Assembly (NCBI GenBank): GCA_963717935.1
Contig: CAVQXP010000004.1
Span: forward strand, 1,216,001 to 1,280,000
Source of the DNA: Candidatus Eiseniibacteriota bacterium
Lineage (GTDB): Bacteria > Eisenbacteria > RBG-16-71-46
Direction of reading: 5' to 3'
DNA: 64,000 bases
Shown here in pieces: positions 35,245 through 44,741 of this stretch. The notes beneath the pieces are model-generated. The model had not been told where the DNA came from. It saw only the letters and a list, made by a program, of their open reading frames with translations, and did not search any database. A program made the translations under genes and the position numbers. Each line of letters begins with the position of its first letter. Position 1 is the stretch's first letter.

Positions 35245-36179
35245 GCCTGCCGCGCCGGGTCCGGGTCGAGGCGCGCGCCAAGCTCAACCTCGGGCTGGCG
35301 GTCGGGCCCCGGCGTCCGGACGGCTTCCACGAGCTGGCCACCATCTTCCAGTCGGTGACCCTGGCGGACACGCTCGTGGCCGAGCGGCGCACGCGCGGCT
35401 TCAGTCTCGAGGTGCGCCACGAAGAGGTGGCCGCCCGCGGCACGCTCTCGGCTCGCACGCGGGGGGCGGTGCCGGCGGGTCCCGGCAACCTCGCTCTGCG
35501 GGGCGCGCGCCTGGCCGCCCGCTACGCCGGGATCGAGGGTGGTGTTCATCTCCACTTAACCAAACGGATCCCCGCGCAAGCAGGCCTCGGTGGCGGCAGC
35601 GCCGACGCGGCTGCTGCGCTGGTCGCGGTCCTCGCGCTCTACGGGATGCGCGTCCCGCCGGCCGACCGATTGGCCCTGGGGGCGGAGCTGGGTTCGGACG
35701 TCCCTTTCGCGCTCCTCGGAGGGACGGCCCTGGGGTTGGGCCGGGGCGAGCGGCTCACCCGCCTGAGGCCGGGCCCGTCGTTCCGGGCGGTCATCGCCGT
35801 GCCGCGCTGGCGAGTGCCGACCGCGGGGGCCTTCCGGCGGATCGACAGGTTGAGATATGGCTTGACACGGTGGAATGGCAAACTAAGATTCGCCAAAGCC
35901 GTAGAGAGCATCGGGCTGTGGCCGCACCGGGCTCTGCGTCTGGGCAACTCGTTCGAGGAGGTGCTCGGGACGAGGATGCCGGATTTCGTCGACCTTTGCG
36001 CAAGGTTGCGCGAGGCGGGTGTTCGGGAGCCTCGCATGACCGGCAGCGGGTCGGCCGTGTTCGGCCTGTTCGGGCCTCGTGCTCTTGCACGATGTTTCTT
36101 GGGTCGCTTCACGGGGAGCGAGACGCTGTACGTCGTTCGCTCCGCCAGAAGTGGACTCGGGGTCAGGAGGCTGTCGTAG
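35241..36179 (+). CDS. ispE: 4-diphosphocytidyl-2-C-methyl-D-erythritol kinase
   Basis: AKLNLGL, RPDGFHEL.TIFQ, KRIP.QAGLGGGSADAA, GSDVPF, MTGSGSAVF. Confidence 0.93.
   Translation: MSLPRRVRVEARAKLNLGLAVGPRRPDGFHELATIFQSVTLADTLVAERRTRGFSLEVRHEEVAARGTLSARTRGAVPAGPGNLALRGARLAARYAGIEGGVHLHLTKRIPAQAGLGGGSADAAAALVAVLALYGMRVPPADRLALGAELGSDVPFALLGGTALGLGRGERLTRLRPGPSFRAVIAVPRWRVPTAGAFRRIDRLRYGLTRWNGKLRFAKAVESIGLWPHRALRLGNSFEEVLGTRMPDFVDLCARLREAGVREPRMTGSGSAVFGLFGPRALARCFLGRFTGSETLYVVRSARSGLGVRRLS
35862..35889 (+). promoter_or_regulatory. Candidate internal promoter within ispE
   Basis: TTGACA, 16-bp spacer, TAAGAT in a locally AT-rich patch. Confidence 0.5.
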
Positions 36180-36296
36180 CCTGCCGCGAGGCAGGGGTGT
36201 TGCGTGGGGCTCGACAGGAGTCGAGTTCTCTAGCGGTCGGACGGTGGCACGCAGGCAGTCGGCGCTCCCCCTCAGGGAAGGGTCCGAGGCGACACG

Positions 36297-36605
36297 ATGA
36301 TCGAGATCACCGAGGTACGGGTTTCGCTGCGAGACGACGACAAGCTGAAGGCCTTCATCAGCATCACCCTGAACGATTCGTTCGTCATCCGGGGCCTGAA
36401 GGTCATCAAGGGCAACAGTGGCGTGTTCGTGGCCATGCCGAGCCGCAAGCGGCCCGATGGCCAGCACCAGGATCTGGCCCACCCGATCAATGACGTGACC
36501 CGCAAGTACCTGACCGAACGGGTGATAGCGGAGTACGAGAGCGAGTTGAAGCACCCCTCGCCGGTCCGCAAGGCCCCGATCGAGTCCGAGCCGCAGCTCT
36601 ACTGA
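36297..36605 (+). CDS. spoVG: SpoVG family nucleic-acid-binding protein
   Basis: EITEVRV, KLKAF.SIT, FVI.GLKVI.G..G.FVAMPSRK, D.AHPIN. Confidence 0.93.
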   Translation: MIEITEVRVSLRDDDKLKAFISITLNDSFVIRGLKVIKGNSGVFVAMPSRKRPDGQHQDLAHPINDVTRKYLTERVIAEYESELKHPSPVRKAPIESEPQLY

Positions 36606-36673
36606 TCCCTCGAGCGGGCGCCCTCGACGCCCGCATCTCCCTCGGGGCCGCCATCCTGGCGGCCCGCTGCCGT

Positions 36674-36702
36674 TTGACTCGAGTCGCCCCCCCCGCTAGT
36701 CT
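36674..36702 (+). promoter_or_regulatory. Sigma70-like promoter for tRNA-Gln and prs
   Basis: TTGACT, 17-bp spacer, TAGTCT. Confidence 0.55.
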
Positions 36703-36804
36703 TCCTGCGCTTCTCCTCTAGCAGTGACTCTCTGGGCCAGTAGCCATCCACCCCGACTTCGCGACTGCGAGGGACGGACCGCGACGGAAATCCCGTTCTG
36801 TTGG

Positions 36805-36879
36805 TGGGGCGTGGCCAAGCGGTAAGGCACGAGACTTTGGATCTCGCATACGGAGGTTCGAATCCTCCCGCCCCAGCCA
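36805..36879 (+). tRNA. tRNA-Gln(UUG)
   Basis: TGGGGCG/CGCCCCA acceptor stem, anticodon arm CGAGA-CTTTGGA-TCTCG, 3' GCCA; canonical ispE-tRNA-Gln-prs position. Confidence 0.95.
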
Positions 36880-37139
36880 GCCGATGGCAGGGCATCTGCT
36901 GCGTTGTCTCGGCCGCCGCGTGCTCGACGTATCTTCCGACACGTCTGCGCGCGCGGCTCGGTCGGCGCCCTGCAACTGCCCCGCGCTCGGCTGGCCGTCC
37001 GGGTCGGTGCCGTGCGGCTGCCCCTGCTTCGGTCGACTTCGTGCTCCGCTCGGTTCGTTCACGTCCTGATTCCACCTGTTCTCTCCGCGGTCCGGTGAGG
37101 CCGCGGGCGCTTCGATCTCTTAGCCGGGAGTAGAGCGAC

Positions 37140-38072
37140 TTGGATCCCTGCCGGATCTTTTCGGGGAATGCCAGCCACGAACTGGCGCAGGCCATCTGCG
37201 AGAAGCTGAACGTTCCGCTCGGGGACGCGACGGTGTCGCGCTTCGAGGACGGAGAGGTGTCGGTCAAGTTCAACGAGAACATCCGTGGCGGCGACGTCTT
37301 CATCATCCAGGCCACGGCGCCGCCTGCGGACAACCTGATGGAACTGCTGGTCATGCTGGACGCGGCCAAGCGCGCCTCGGCGCGCCGGGTGACGGCGGTG
37401 CTCCCGTACTTCGGCTACGCCCGGCAGGACCGCAAGGACCAGCCCCGCGCGCCGATCTCGGCCAAGCTGGTGGCCAACCTCATCACGGTGGCCGGGGCCG
37501 ACCGGGCGCTGACCATGGATCTGCACAGCTCGCAGATCCAGGGCTTCTTCGACATCCCGTTCGACCACCTGTACGCGGCGCCGGTGCTCATCGACTACTT
37601 CCTCCAGAAGAAGATCCCGAACCCCATGGTGGTGGCGCCGGACATCGGCAGCGTGAAGATGGCGCGCGCCTACGCCAAGCGCCTCGGGGCCGAGTTGGGC
37701 CTGGTGGACAAACGCCGCCCGAAGCCGGACGCGGTCGAGGTCATGAACATCATCGGTGAGGTCGAGGGGCACAACGTGGTGCTCTTCGACGACGTGGTGA
37801 CCACCGCGCGCACGCTGTGCCAGGCGGCCGAGGCCGTCCGCCGCCACGGCGCGAAGGACGTCTACGCGGGCGTGACCCACGGCATCTTCGCTCCGGGAGC
37901 GATCGAGCGCATCGAGAAGTCACCCATCCGGGAGCTGGTCGTCACCGATACCATCTGCCATCCCCCGGACTCGGTCGGCGCCAATGTGCGCGAGCTCTCG
38001 GTGGCCGGACTGCTGGGGGAGGCGGTGGAGCGCATCCACGAGGAGCGCTCGCTCAGTTCGCTGTTCGTCTGA
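37140..38072 (+). CDS. prs: Ribose-phosphate pyrophosphokinase
   Basis: RFEDGE, PYFGYARQDRK, MDLH..QIQGFF, VAPDIG, DKRR. Confidence 0.96.
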   Translation: MDPCRIFSGNASHELAQAICEKLNVPLGDATVSRFEDGEVSVKFNENIRGGDVFIIQATAPPADNLMELLVMLDAAKRASARRVTAVLPYFGYARQDRKDQPRAPISAKLVANLITVAGADRALTMDLHSSQIQGFFDIPFDHLYAAPVLIDYFLQKKIPNPMVVAPDIGSVKMARAYAKRLGAELGLVDKRRPKPDAVEVMNIIGEVEGHNVVLFDDVVTTARTLCQAAEAVRRHGAKDVYAGVTHGIFAPGAIERIEKSPIRELVVTDTICHPPDSVGANVRELSVAGLLGEAVERIHEERSLSSLFV

Positions 38073-38164
38073 ACGCGCGCCCGGCTGCTGGGCGCCCGCT
38101 GCGGCGGGCCCAGGGTCGAGGCGCGATGGACGCGGGGCTCGCCCCGCTTGAAGGAGGAATCTGA

Positions 38165-38923
38165 ATGCCCGTCATCCCACTGACCGGCACGCGCCGGGAC
38201 GACATCGGCAAGGGCGGCGCCCGCAAGGCGCGGGCGGCCGGCCTGATCCCGGGCGTGCTCTACGGACACGGCGAAGAGCCGATCGCTCTGAGCGTGTCTG
38301 CGCGCGAGTTCGAGCTGGCGGTCCGCAAGCAGGGCGGCAACCCCATCATGGGTCTGGGGCTGGACGGAGGCGAGCACACCGCCCTCATCCGCGCCGTGCA
38401 GTACGACCCGATCTCCCACGAGATCATTCACCTCGACTTCCTGCGCATCTCGCTCACCGAGACGATCGAGGTCGAGGTGGCCATCCGCCTGGTCGGCACG
38501 CCGTTGGGCGTGAAGGACGGTGGCGGCATCCTCGAGCCCATCCTGCGCGAACTGAAGGTCCGCTGTCTGCCGACGGCGATCCCGCCGTTCGTGGAGGTGG
38601 ACGTCGCGGCGCTCAATATCGGCGATTCGGTGCACGTGAGCGCCATCTCGGCGGCCGGGGTGACCATCGTCACGGACGCGGACGTCACGGTGGCGACGGT
38701 GGTGCCCCCGACGGTGCAGGTCGAGGAGAAGCCGGCCGAGGAGGCGGTGGCAGCCGCGGCGGCTGCGGCAGGCGCCACGCCGGACGAGCCCGAGGTCATC
38801 GCCAAGGGCAAGAAGGAAGAGGACGAGGCCGAAGAGGGCAAGGAAGGCAAGGGCGGCAAGGAAGGCAAGGGCAGCAAGGAAGCCAAGGGTGGCAAGGAAG
38901 GCAAGGGCGGCAAGGAGAAATAG
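38165..38923 (+). CDS. rplY: 50S ribosomal protein L25 (long Ctc form)
   Basis: GKG.ARK.R..G.IPGVLYG, VQYDP, HLDF, GVK.GG.L, EPEVI.KGK. Confidence 0.95.
   Translation: MPVIPLTGTRRDDIGKGGARKARAAGLIPGVLYGHGEEPIALSVSAREFELAVRKQGGNPIMGLGLDGGEHTALIRAVQYDPISHEIIHLDFLRISLTETIEVEVAIRLVGTPLGVKDGGGILEPILRELKVRCLPTAIPPFVEVDVAALNIGDSVHVSAISAAGVTIVTDADVTVATVVPPTVQVEEKPAEEAVAAAAAAAGATPDEPEVIAKGKKEEDEAEEGKEGKGGKEGKGSKEAKGGKEGKGGKEK
38837..38917 (+). repeat. 18-bp tandem repeat (GKEGKG x4.5) in the L25 tail
   Basis: GGCAAGGAAGGCAAGGGC units. Confidence 0.85.
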
Positions 38924-38929
38924 CGGCCC

Positions 38930-39514
38930 GTGGCGCTGGTGCTCGGTCTCGGCAATCCGGGTCCGCGCTATGCGCGCACTCGGCACAACGTGGGGTGGCT
39001 CGTGCTGGAGCGGTTGGTCGGGCGCTGGGGCGCCACGCCGGCCGGGGAGCACGACACCTGGCGGGCCTGGCGCACCGAGCGGGCGGGCGGGGTCGTGGAC
39101 CTGCTCAAGCCGCTCACGTACATGAATGCGAGCGGCGCGGCCCTCGAGGCGTGGCGGGAGCGTCACGCGCTCGACCTGGCCGGGATGCTGGTCGTGGTGG
39201 ATGACGTCTACCTGCCGGTCGGCAGGCTGCGGCTGCGGGCCTCGGGCTCCAGCGGCGGACACCGCGGGCTCGAGTCGCTCGAGCGGGTCGTGGGGCCGGG
39301 TTTCGCACGGCTGCGCATCGGCGTGGGCGCCGCGGAGGACCCGGCCGGGCTGCGGGAGCACGTGCTGGACGAGTTCGACGTGGAGGAGGAGACCGTGGTG
39401 GACGAAGCGCTCGAACGCGCAGCGGACGCCGTGGAATGCTGGGTGGCCGAGGGCTCGCTCGCGGCCATGAACCGCTTCAATCGCAAGATACGCAGGGAGG
39501 AACCCGAGTCGTGA
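38930..39514 (+). CDS. pth: Peptidyl-tRNA hydrolase
   Basis: GLGNPG..Y..TRHNVG, KPLTYMN.SG, GSSGGH.GL, RLRIGVG. Confidence 0.95.
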   Translation: MALVLGLGNPGPRYARTRHNVGWLVLERLVGRWGATPAGEHDTWRAWRTERAGGVVDLLKPLTYMNASGAALEAWRERHALDLAGMLVVVDDVYLPVGRLRLRASGSSGGHRGLESLERVVGPGFARLRIGVGAAEDPAGLREHVLDEFDVEEETVVDEALERAADAVECWVAEGSLAAMNRFNRKIRREEPES

Positions 39515-39867
39515 CCAAATACGAAACGACCTTCATCCTCGAGCCGGGGCTCGACGAGAACCGGGTGAACGAGGAGATCGAGCGCGTGTCGCAATGGATC
39601 CGGGACCTGGGCGGTGAGGTGCTGGAAGTCCAGCGCTGGGGCAAGCGCCGGCTGGCCTACGAGATCAACAAGAAGCGCGACGGCATCTACACGCTGATCC
39701 TCCACCAGAGCCCGGGTTCGGTGATCAAGGAGGTCGAGCGGCGCATGGGCCTCAACGAGTCGTACATGCGTGTGCTCTCGGTGCTCCACGTTCCGCCGGA
39801 GCCGGCGCGGGTACAGGTCGAGGGCGAAGCGGTGGCGGCGGCCGGCGCGGACGATCGGGACGACTAG
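39511..39867 (+). CDS. rpsF: 30S ribosomal protein S6
   Basis: KYETTFIL.P, WGKRRLAYEI.K...G.Y. Confidence 0.95.
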   Translation: MTKYETTFILEPGLDENRVNEEIERVSQWIRDLGGEVLEVQRWGKRRLAYEINKKRDGIYTLILHQSPGSVIKEVERRMGLNESYMRVLSVLHVPPEPARVQVEGEAVAAAGADDRDD

Positions 39868-39931
39868 AGCGGTGCCAGGCGAAGCGTCGGTGACGCCGGG
39901 CCTGGCGGGAGCCCCCGCGGAGGGAGGCAGC

Positions 39932-40348
39932 ATGGCCGGACTCAGACTCCCCGAGCTCAACCGGGTCATCCTGGGCGGTCGCCTGACGCGCGATCCCGAG
40001 GTCCGCTACGCGGGCGACGGGACGCCGATCACCAGCCTCGCGCTGGCGTTCCATCGCGGGTTCAAGGGACGCGACGGGCAGCAGTTGGTGGAGACGGGTT
40101 ACGTGATCGTGCGCACCTATCAGCGGCTCGCCGAGGTGTGCGGGCAGCGCCTGAAGCAGGGCAGCCCGGTGCTGGTCGAGGGTCGGCTGCAGATGCGTGA
40201 GTGGAAGGACGGGCAGGGGAGCCGCCAGACGCGGCTCGAGATCCGCGCCGAGAACGTGCATTTCATGGAGCAGGCCCCGAACGCAGCAGAGCAGCCGGGG
40301 CCGGGAGTCCCGCAACGGACCGATGAGGGCGGCAGGGCGCCGTCCTGA
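39932..40348 (+). CDS. ssb: Single-stranded DNA-binding protein, no acidic C-terminal tip
   Basis: LNRVIL.GRLTRDPEVRY, L..G..VLVEGRLQ.R.W; lies between rpsF and rpsR. Confidence 0.88.
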   Translation: MAGLRLPELNRVILGGRLTRDPEVRYAGDGTPITSLALAFHRGFKGRDGQQLVETGYVIVRTYQRLAEVCGQRLKQGSPVLVEGRLQMREWKDGQGSRQTRLEIRAENVHFMEQAPNAAEQPGPGVPQRTDEGGRAPS

Positions 40349-40372
40349 TCGACGGAGGCAAGAGAGCGACAC

Positions 40373-40615
40373 ATGGCCAAGGAACGCGAAGGCAAGAGCG
40401 TCAAGAAGAAGTACTGCAAGCTGTGCCTCGAGAAAGTGGGCATGATCGACTACAAGGACGAGAAGCGGATCGGCCGGTTCGTCACGGACCGGGGCAAGAT
40501 CGTGCCGCGACGCGTCTCGGGCGCGTGCGCCCGTCACCAGAAGCAGCTCACGATCGCGATCAAGCGGGCGCGGGTGCTGGCGCTGCTGCCGTTCACCAGT
40601 GACTTCTATCGCTGA
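40373..40615 (+). CDS. rpsR: 30S ribosomal protein S18 (zinc-binding form)
   Basis: [37 protein letters not shown]. Confidence 0.96.
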   Translation: MAKEREGKSVKKKYCKLCLEKVGMIDYKDEKRIGRFVTDRGKIVPRRVSGACARHQKQLTIAIKRARVLALLPFTSDFYR

Positions 40616-41630
40616 GCCGCGCCGCGAGGCAGGACCGGAGTTCCCCTCCGGTGGAGTCGCCGACAGGCGCCCGACGTGGGTGCGTGCGGTCCTGCTCGTG
40701 GCGGTCCTCGGGGCGCTGGCGCTCCAGAGCCCGGCCCCCTGGTCCTGGCTGTGGTTGGCCGTGCCCGCCGCCGTCGCGGTCGCGCTGCTCGTGTCCTGGC
40801 GCTTCGGCGTCGTGGCCGTGGGGGCAGTGGCGTTGTCTGCCGTGGCGGTCACCGTGCTGGGTTCGGCGCGGGGACTCTGGGTCTGGTGGATCCCGGCGGC
40901 GGCTCTGGCAGGGGCGTGGATGGGACTGCGCGAGGAGGGCTCCGGCCCGAGCGCCGGACAGCGCGCCTGGATGCTGGCGCCGACGCTGGCGCTGGCCGCG
41001 CTGCTGCCGTGGCTCGCTCACTACCACGAACTGGTCGCGGCGGTCGAGCGCGAGTTGATCGCGGGCGACACGCAGCTGCTCGAGCTGTTGCGGCAGCTGG
41101 GTACGGGCGGCGACCGGCTGGGGGCGATGGAGAAGACCGTGACCGAGAATGCGGCGCTGCGCCGCGCCGCGCTGCCGCTGGTCATCCCGACGGTGCTCTT
41201 CCTGTGGGTCGGCCTGCTGGTCACGGCGGGCCGCGCGCTGGCGGCACGCACGGCCCACGCGCTGCGCTGGCCGCGGTTGTCACGCGCGAGCCTGCGCGAC
41301 TGGCGCCTGCCGGACGCCGCGCTGTGGGTCTTCCTGGCCGGGCTCGCCCTGCTCGTGGCTCCCTGGCCGGCCTGGGCGCCCACCGGCTGGACGCTGCTGC
41401 TCAACGCGGGGTTCGGGTATTGTACGCAGGGGGTGGCGGTCGCGCAGTCGTACTTCCTGGCACGGGGTGTCCCGCCTCCCGTCATCATCATGACCATGTT
41501 GTTCTTCTTTATGATCGCCATGCCGATGTTCGTCCTCTCCACGGCGGCGCTGGGGCTCAGCGACGTCTGGCTGGACTATCGCCGGCTCGAGCCCGTCCCG
41601 GACGGGGATCCGAACGAGGGAGATCGCTGA
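40599..41630 (+). CDS. DUF2232/YybS-like membrane protein
   Basis: Multiple TM segments, W.LP, QG.AV, LGL.D.W.DYRR; typical position between rpsR and rplI; start uncertain. Confidence 0.8.
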   Translation: MTSIAEPRREAGPEFPSGGVADRRPTWVRAVLLVAVLGALALQSPAPWSWLWLAVPAAVAVALLVSWRFGVVAVGAVALSAVAVTVLGSARGLWVWWIPAAALAGAWMGLREEGSGPSAGQRAWMLAPTLALAALLPWLAHYHELVAAVERELIAGDTQLLELLRQLGTGGDRLGAMEKTVTENAALRRAALPLVIPTVLFLWVGLLVTAGRALAARTAHALRWPRLSRASLRDWRLPDAALWVFLAGLALLVAPWPAWAPTGWTLLLNAGFGYCTQGVAVAQSYFLARGVPPPVIIMTMLFFFMIAMPMFVLSTAALGLSDVWLDYRRLEPVPDGDPNEGDR

Positions 41631-42073
41631 TGGATGTCATCCTGCTCGAAGACCTGAAGGGCGTGGGCGCGAAGGGCGCCCTGATCCACGTGAAGTCCGG
41701 CTACGCCCGCAACTACCTGCTGCCCCAGAAACTCGCCATCCCCGCCGGCGACAAGGCGGCCAACGTCTACCGGGAGCTCGAGCGCCAGAAGCAGTTCAAG
41801 GAGGACAAGCTGGTCGCACAGGCGCGGCAGCAGGCCTCGCGGCTCGAGGGCGTCGAGGTCAACATCCCCACGCAGGCCAACGAGGAGGACACGCTCTTCG
41901 GCTCGGTGACCAACGCCGATGTGGCCGAAGCGCTCGCCCGGGCGGGGCACGAAGTGGACAAGCACCAGATCGAGATCGCCGATCACATCAAGCAACTCGG
42001 CCGCTACGACGTGCCGGTTCGGTTCTTCGGCGGCGTGAGCGCGACCGTGAAGGTCTGGGTGGTGCGAGCATGA
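41630..42073 (+). CDS. rplI: 50S ribosomal protein L9
   Basis: M.VILLED..G.G..G....VK.GYARNYLLP, LFGSVT, IKQLG. Confidence 0.96.
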   Translation: MDVILLEDLKGVGAKGALIHVKSGYARNYLLPQKLAIPAGDKAANVYRELERQKQFKEDKLVAQARQQASRLEGVEVNIPTQANEEDTLFGSVTNADVAEALARAGHEVDKHQIEIADHIKQLGRYDVPVRFFGGVSATVKVWVVRA

Positions 42074-43377
42074 GTGCCCTGAAGAGCCCGCGTGCGGTCG
42101 CCGCCCTGGCGGCGACGCTGTTGATCGCCGGAGCCGGAACGCTGGCGGTGGCGGGTGCTGCGAAGGCGCCGAAGGCCACGAAGGGCTCGCGCGCGGTCCA
42201 GGCCCGGACCGTCGCCGCGCCCGCCGACACGTCGCAGGTGCTGGTGCGCGTCGGCGACCAGGCGCTGACGGTCGAGGACGTCCGCAGGCGGCTCGAGGAG
42301 ATCCCCGAGTCGGCCCGCGGGAACTTCGCGACGCCCGAGGGCCGCCGGCAGCTGCTCGACCGCATGGTGGAGGAGCGCATCTGGCTCGTCACCGCGCAGG
42401 AGAGCGGCGTGGCCGACCGGCCGCAGGTGATGCAGCAACTGGCGCAGCAGCGCCGCGACCTGCTCATCCGTACGTATCTCAACGAGACGATGTCGAAGGT
42501 CCCGGCGGTGCCCGACTCGGAGGCGCTGGCGTACTACAACGCGCACCTGGGCGAATACCGCACGCCGGCGGGCGTGACGCTGCAGCACATCCAGACCGGG
42601 ACCGAGGCCCGGGCCCGCCAGGCGCTGAAGCTCGCCCGGGGCGGCCGGGACTGGGCGACGCTGGTGCAGCAGTACTCCGCGGACACGCTCACGCGGGCGC
42701 GAGGCGGAGCGCTCGGGACGGTCACGCGCGAGGGGCTCTTCCCGGCGCTCGGGCGGCAGCCCGCGCTGGCCGAGTCCGCGTTCGCGCTGGGCGCCGGCGG
42801 GATCGGCGGTCCCTTCCGGTCCGACCGCGGCTGGCACGTGCTCAAGGTGGAGGAGATCCGCCCCGAGGGTGTGCGGCCGTTCGACGTGGTGCGGCCGATG
42901 ATCCTGCGCCAACTCGGCGGCCAGCGCGGTCAGGAGTTCTACCGGGAGTTGCTGAACCAGGCCCGCCACAAGCTCGGCGTGGCGCCGGACTCCGCGGCCA
43001 TCAAGAGGTTCGTCTCGCAGAAGCGGGACGCGCGCGAGATGTTCAAGGTGGCCCAGGGCCTGGGCCCGCCGTCGGAGCGCATCGCCGCCTACCGGGCCCT
43101 GCTCGACGAGTACCCCGACAGCGACGTCAGCCCGCAGGCGCAGTTCATGATCGGGTTCATCCATTCCGAGGAGTTGAAGGATTACGACGAGGCGGAGAAG
43201 GCCTTCCGCGAGCTGCTGAGGCGCTATCCCGGGTCCGAACTGGCCGACTCGGCCCAGTGGATGGTGGACCACATGCGCAGCGAGGAGGCCCCGCCGTTCG
43301 ATCTGTCGGAGGCGGATTCGAGCACGGGCGCCCCGCGGCCGCAGGGCACCGCCGAAGGCTCGGCCGGGAAGCCGTGA
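42070..43377 (+). CDS. Exported parvulin-type peptidyl-prolyl isomerase with C-terminal TPR domain
   Basis: Signal peptide, SurA-N-like helices, HI...YS.D....GG.LG...GP.....GWHVLKV, then YPDS...AQFMIG...A..AF.ELL..YPGS. Confidence 0.82.
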   Translation: MSALKSPRAVAALAATLLIAGAGTLAVAGAAKAPKATKGSRAVQARTVAAPADTSQVLVRVGDQALTVEDVRRRLEEIPESARGNFATPEGRRQLLDRMVEERIWLVTAQESGVADRPQVMQQLAQQRRDLLIRTYLNETMSKVPAVPDSEALAYYNAHLGEYRTPAGVTLQHIQTGTEARARQALKLARGGRDWATLVQQYSADTLTRARGGALGTVTREGLFPALGRQPALAESAFALGAGGIGGPFRSDRGWHVLKVEEIRPEGVRPFDVVRPMILRQLGGQRGQEFYRELLNQARHKLGVAPDSAAIKRFVSQKRDAREMFKVAQGLGPPSERIAAYRALLDEYPDSDVSPQAQFMIGFIHSEELKDYDEAEKAFRELLRRYPGSELADSAQWMVDHMRSEEAPPFDLSEADSSTGAPRPQGTAEGSAGKP

Positions 43378-43907
43378 AGGCCGTCGAAGCGCGGGTCAAC
43401 GGGCTCATCCTCGAGCACAAGACCCAGCAGAACGTCATCATCCTGAAGGAGGTCGGGGGCGAGCGCATCCTGCCCATCTGGATCGGCCCCGGCGAGGCGC
43501 ACGCGATCCGCCGGATTCTCTCCGACGAGCCCTTCCCACGCCCGCTCACGCACGACCTGCTGGTGCTCCTCGTCGAGGGATTGAAGGCCAAGGTGTCCCG
43601 GGTCGTGATCTCCGACCTGCGCGAGAGCACCTTCTACGCGACCGTGATAGTGCAGCGGGACGGCGACGTGCTCTCCATCGACGCCCGTCCATCGGACTCG
43701 ATCGCCGTGGCGCTGCGCGCGAAGGCGCCGATCTTCGTGAACGAGGAGCTCCTGCAGGAGCCCGCGCGGCGGGGTGACGAGGAGGGTGGAGGCGAGGAGC
43801 CGCCCGAGGACGCGGCGCAGGAGCCCACCGAGGAGGAGAGGGCCGAGCAGTTGCGCCGCTTCCTCGAGAAGCTCAACCCCGAGGACTTCGGCAAGTTCCA
43901 GCTCTAG
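43374..43907 (+). CDS. Bifunctional nuclease (DUF151) family protein
   Basis: LPIWIG..EA, RPLTHDL, TFYA, IDARPSDSIAVALR. Confidence 0.92.
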   Translation: MKAVEARVNGLILEHKTQQNVIILKEVGGERILPIWIGPGEAHAIRRILSDEPFPRPLTHDLLVLLVEGLKAKVSRVVISDLRESTFYATVIVQRDGDVLSIDARPSDSIAVALRAKAPIFVNEELLQEPARRGDEEGGGEEPPEDAAQEPTEEERAEQLRRFLEKLNPEDFGKFQL

Positions 43908-44004
43908 CCTGGACGGCCCATGACGCGCCGCTGCGACCGCGATCCGACCGCGGTCCCGGGGTGGGCCGCATGGATCGCAGGCCGCCGTCCCCGCCCGCGG
44001 GCCG

Positions 44005-44715
44005 TCAGTCGTAGATCTTGAAGTCGAAGCGGATGATGGCGTACGCCTCGGTGACCCGGCCGGCGACGCGGTAGGGCCGGAAGCGGTACTTGCTCGCCGC
44101 CGCGATCGCCGCTTCCTCGAGTTCCCGGTCCCCCGGGCTGGACACCAGGTCCACTCGTGTGACCGCGCCGGTCGTGTCCACCACCGCCCCGAGCGCCACG
44201 AGCCCTTCGCTGTTCCGCTCGAGCGGACCCTCGGGGTACTCCGGCTTTACCATCCACTCGACGATGAAGTCCTCGGACCGCATGACGGGTCCGCTGCCGC
44301 CGTAGATGACGCGCGCCTTCGCCACGAGATCCTGGGTGGACTCGCCCGCCCCGTGGCCCGGGGGCCGCGTGTCGGGCCGGGCGTGCAGGTCGTCGGAAGG
44401 CGCGGCCTCGGAGCGGCCGCCCTTCACCGCCTGTGCCGAGTGGTAGAAGATCGTGGGACGGCCCGGCGTCGGCCCCGGCGGACCGCTGGCCTCGAGGACG
44501 ATGCGCCGCACGTACTGCTCCGGGCCCTCGAAGCCGAAGCGCCGGGGGTGCAGCGGGCTCCCCAGGACGTGCTCTTCCACCGCGTGCTGCACCGCGGGCA
44601 GGAGGAGCGCGGCCTCGAAGGACAGCGCCACGAGGCTCATGCCCGCGCAGAGCAGGGAAACGCGCCGTTCGAAGCGGGCGCGCTCGAGGAAATATTGCTG
44701 GCTGCCGTGCACCAT
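44005..44715 (-). CDS. TonB C-terminal domain protein
   Basis: N-terminal TM segment; KPEYP....EG.V....VDTTG.V...A.....FRP...G........F.F. Confidence 0.75.
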   Translation of the reverse strand: MVHGSQQYFLERARFERRVSLLCAGMSLVALSFEAALLLPAVQHAVEEHVLGSPLHPRRFGFEGPEQYVRRIVLEASGPPGPTPGRPTIFYHSAQAVKGGRSEAAPSDDLHARPDTRPPGHGAGESTQDLVAKARVIYGGSGPVMRSEDFIVEWMVKPEYPEGPLERNSEGLVALGAVVDTTGAVTRVDLVSSPGDRELEEAAIAAASKYRFRPYRVAGRVTEAYAIIRFDFKIYD

Positions 44716-44741
44716 GGTGAGGCTCCCCGGGGGGCCGCGAG

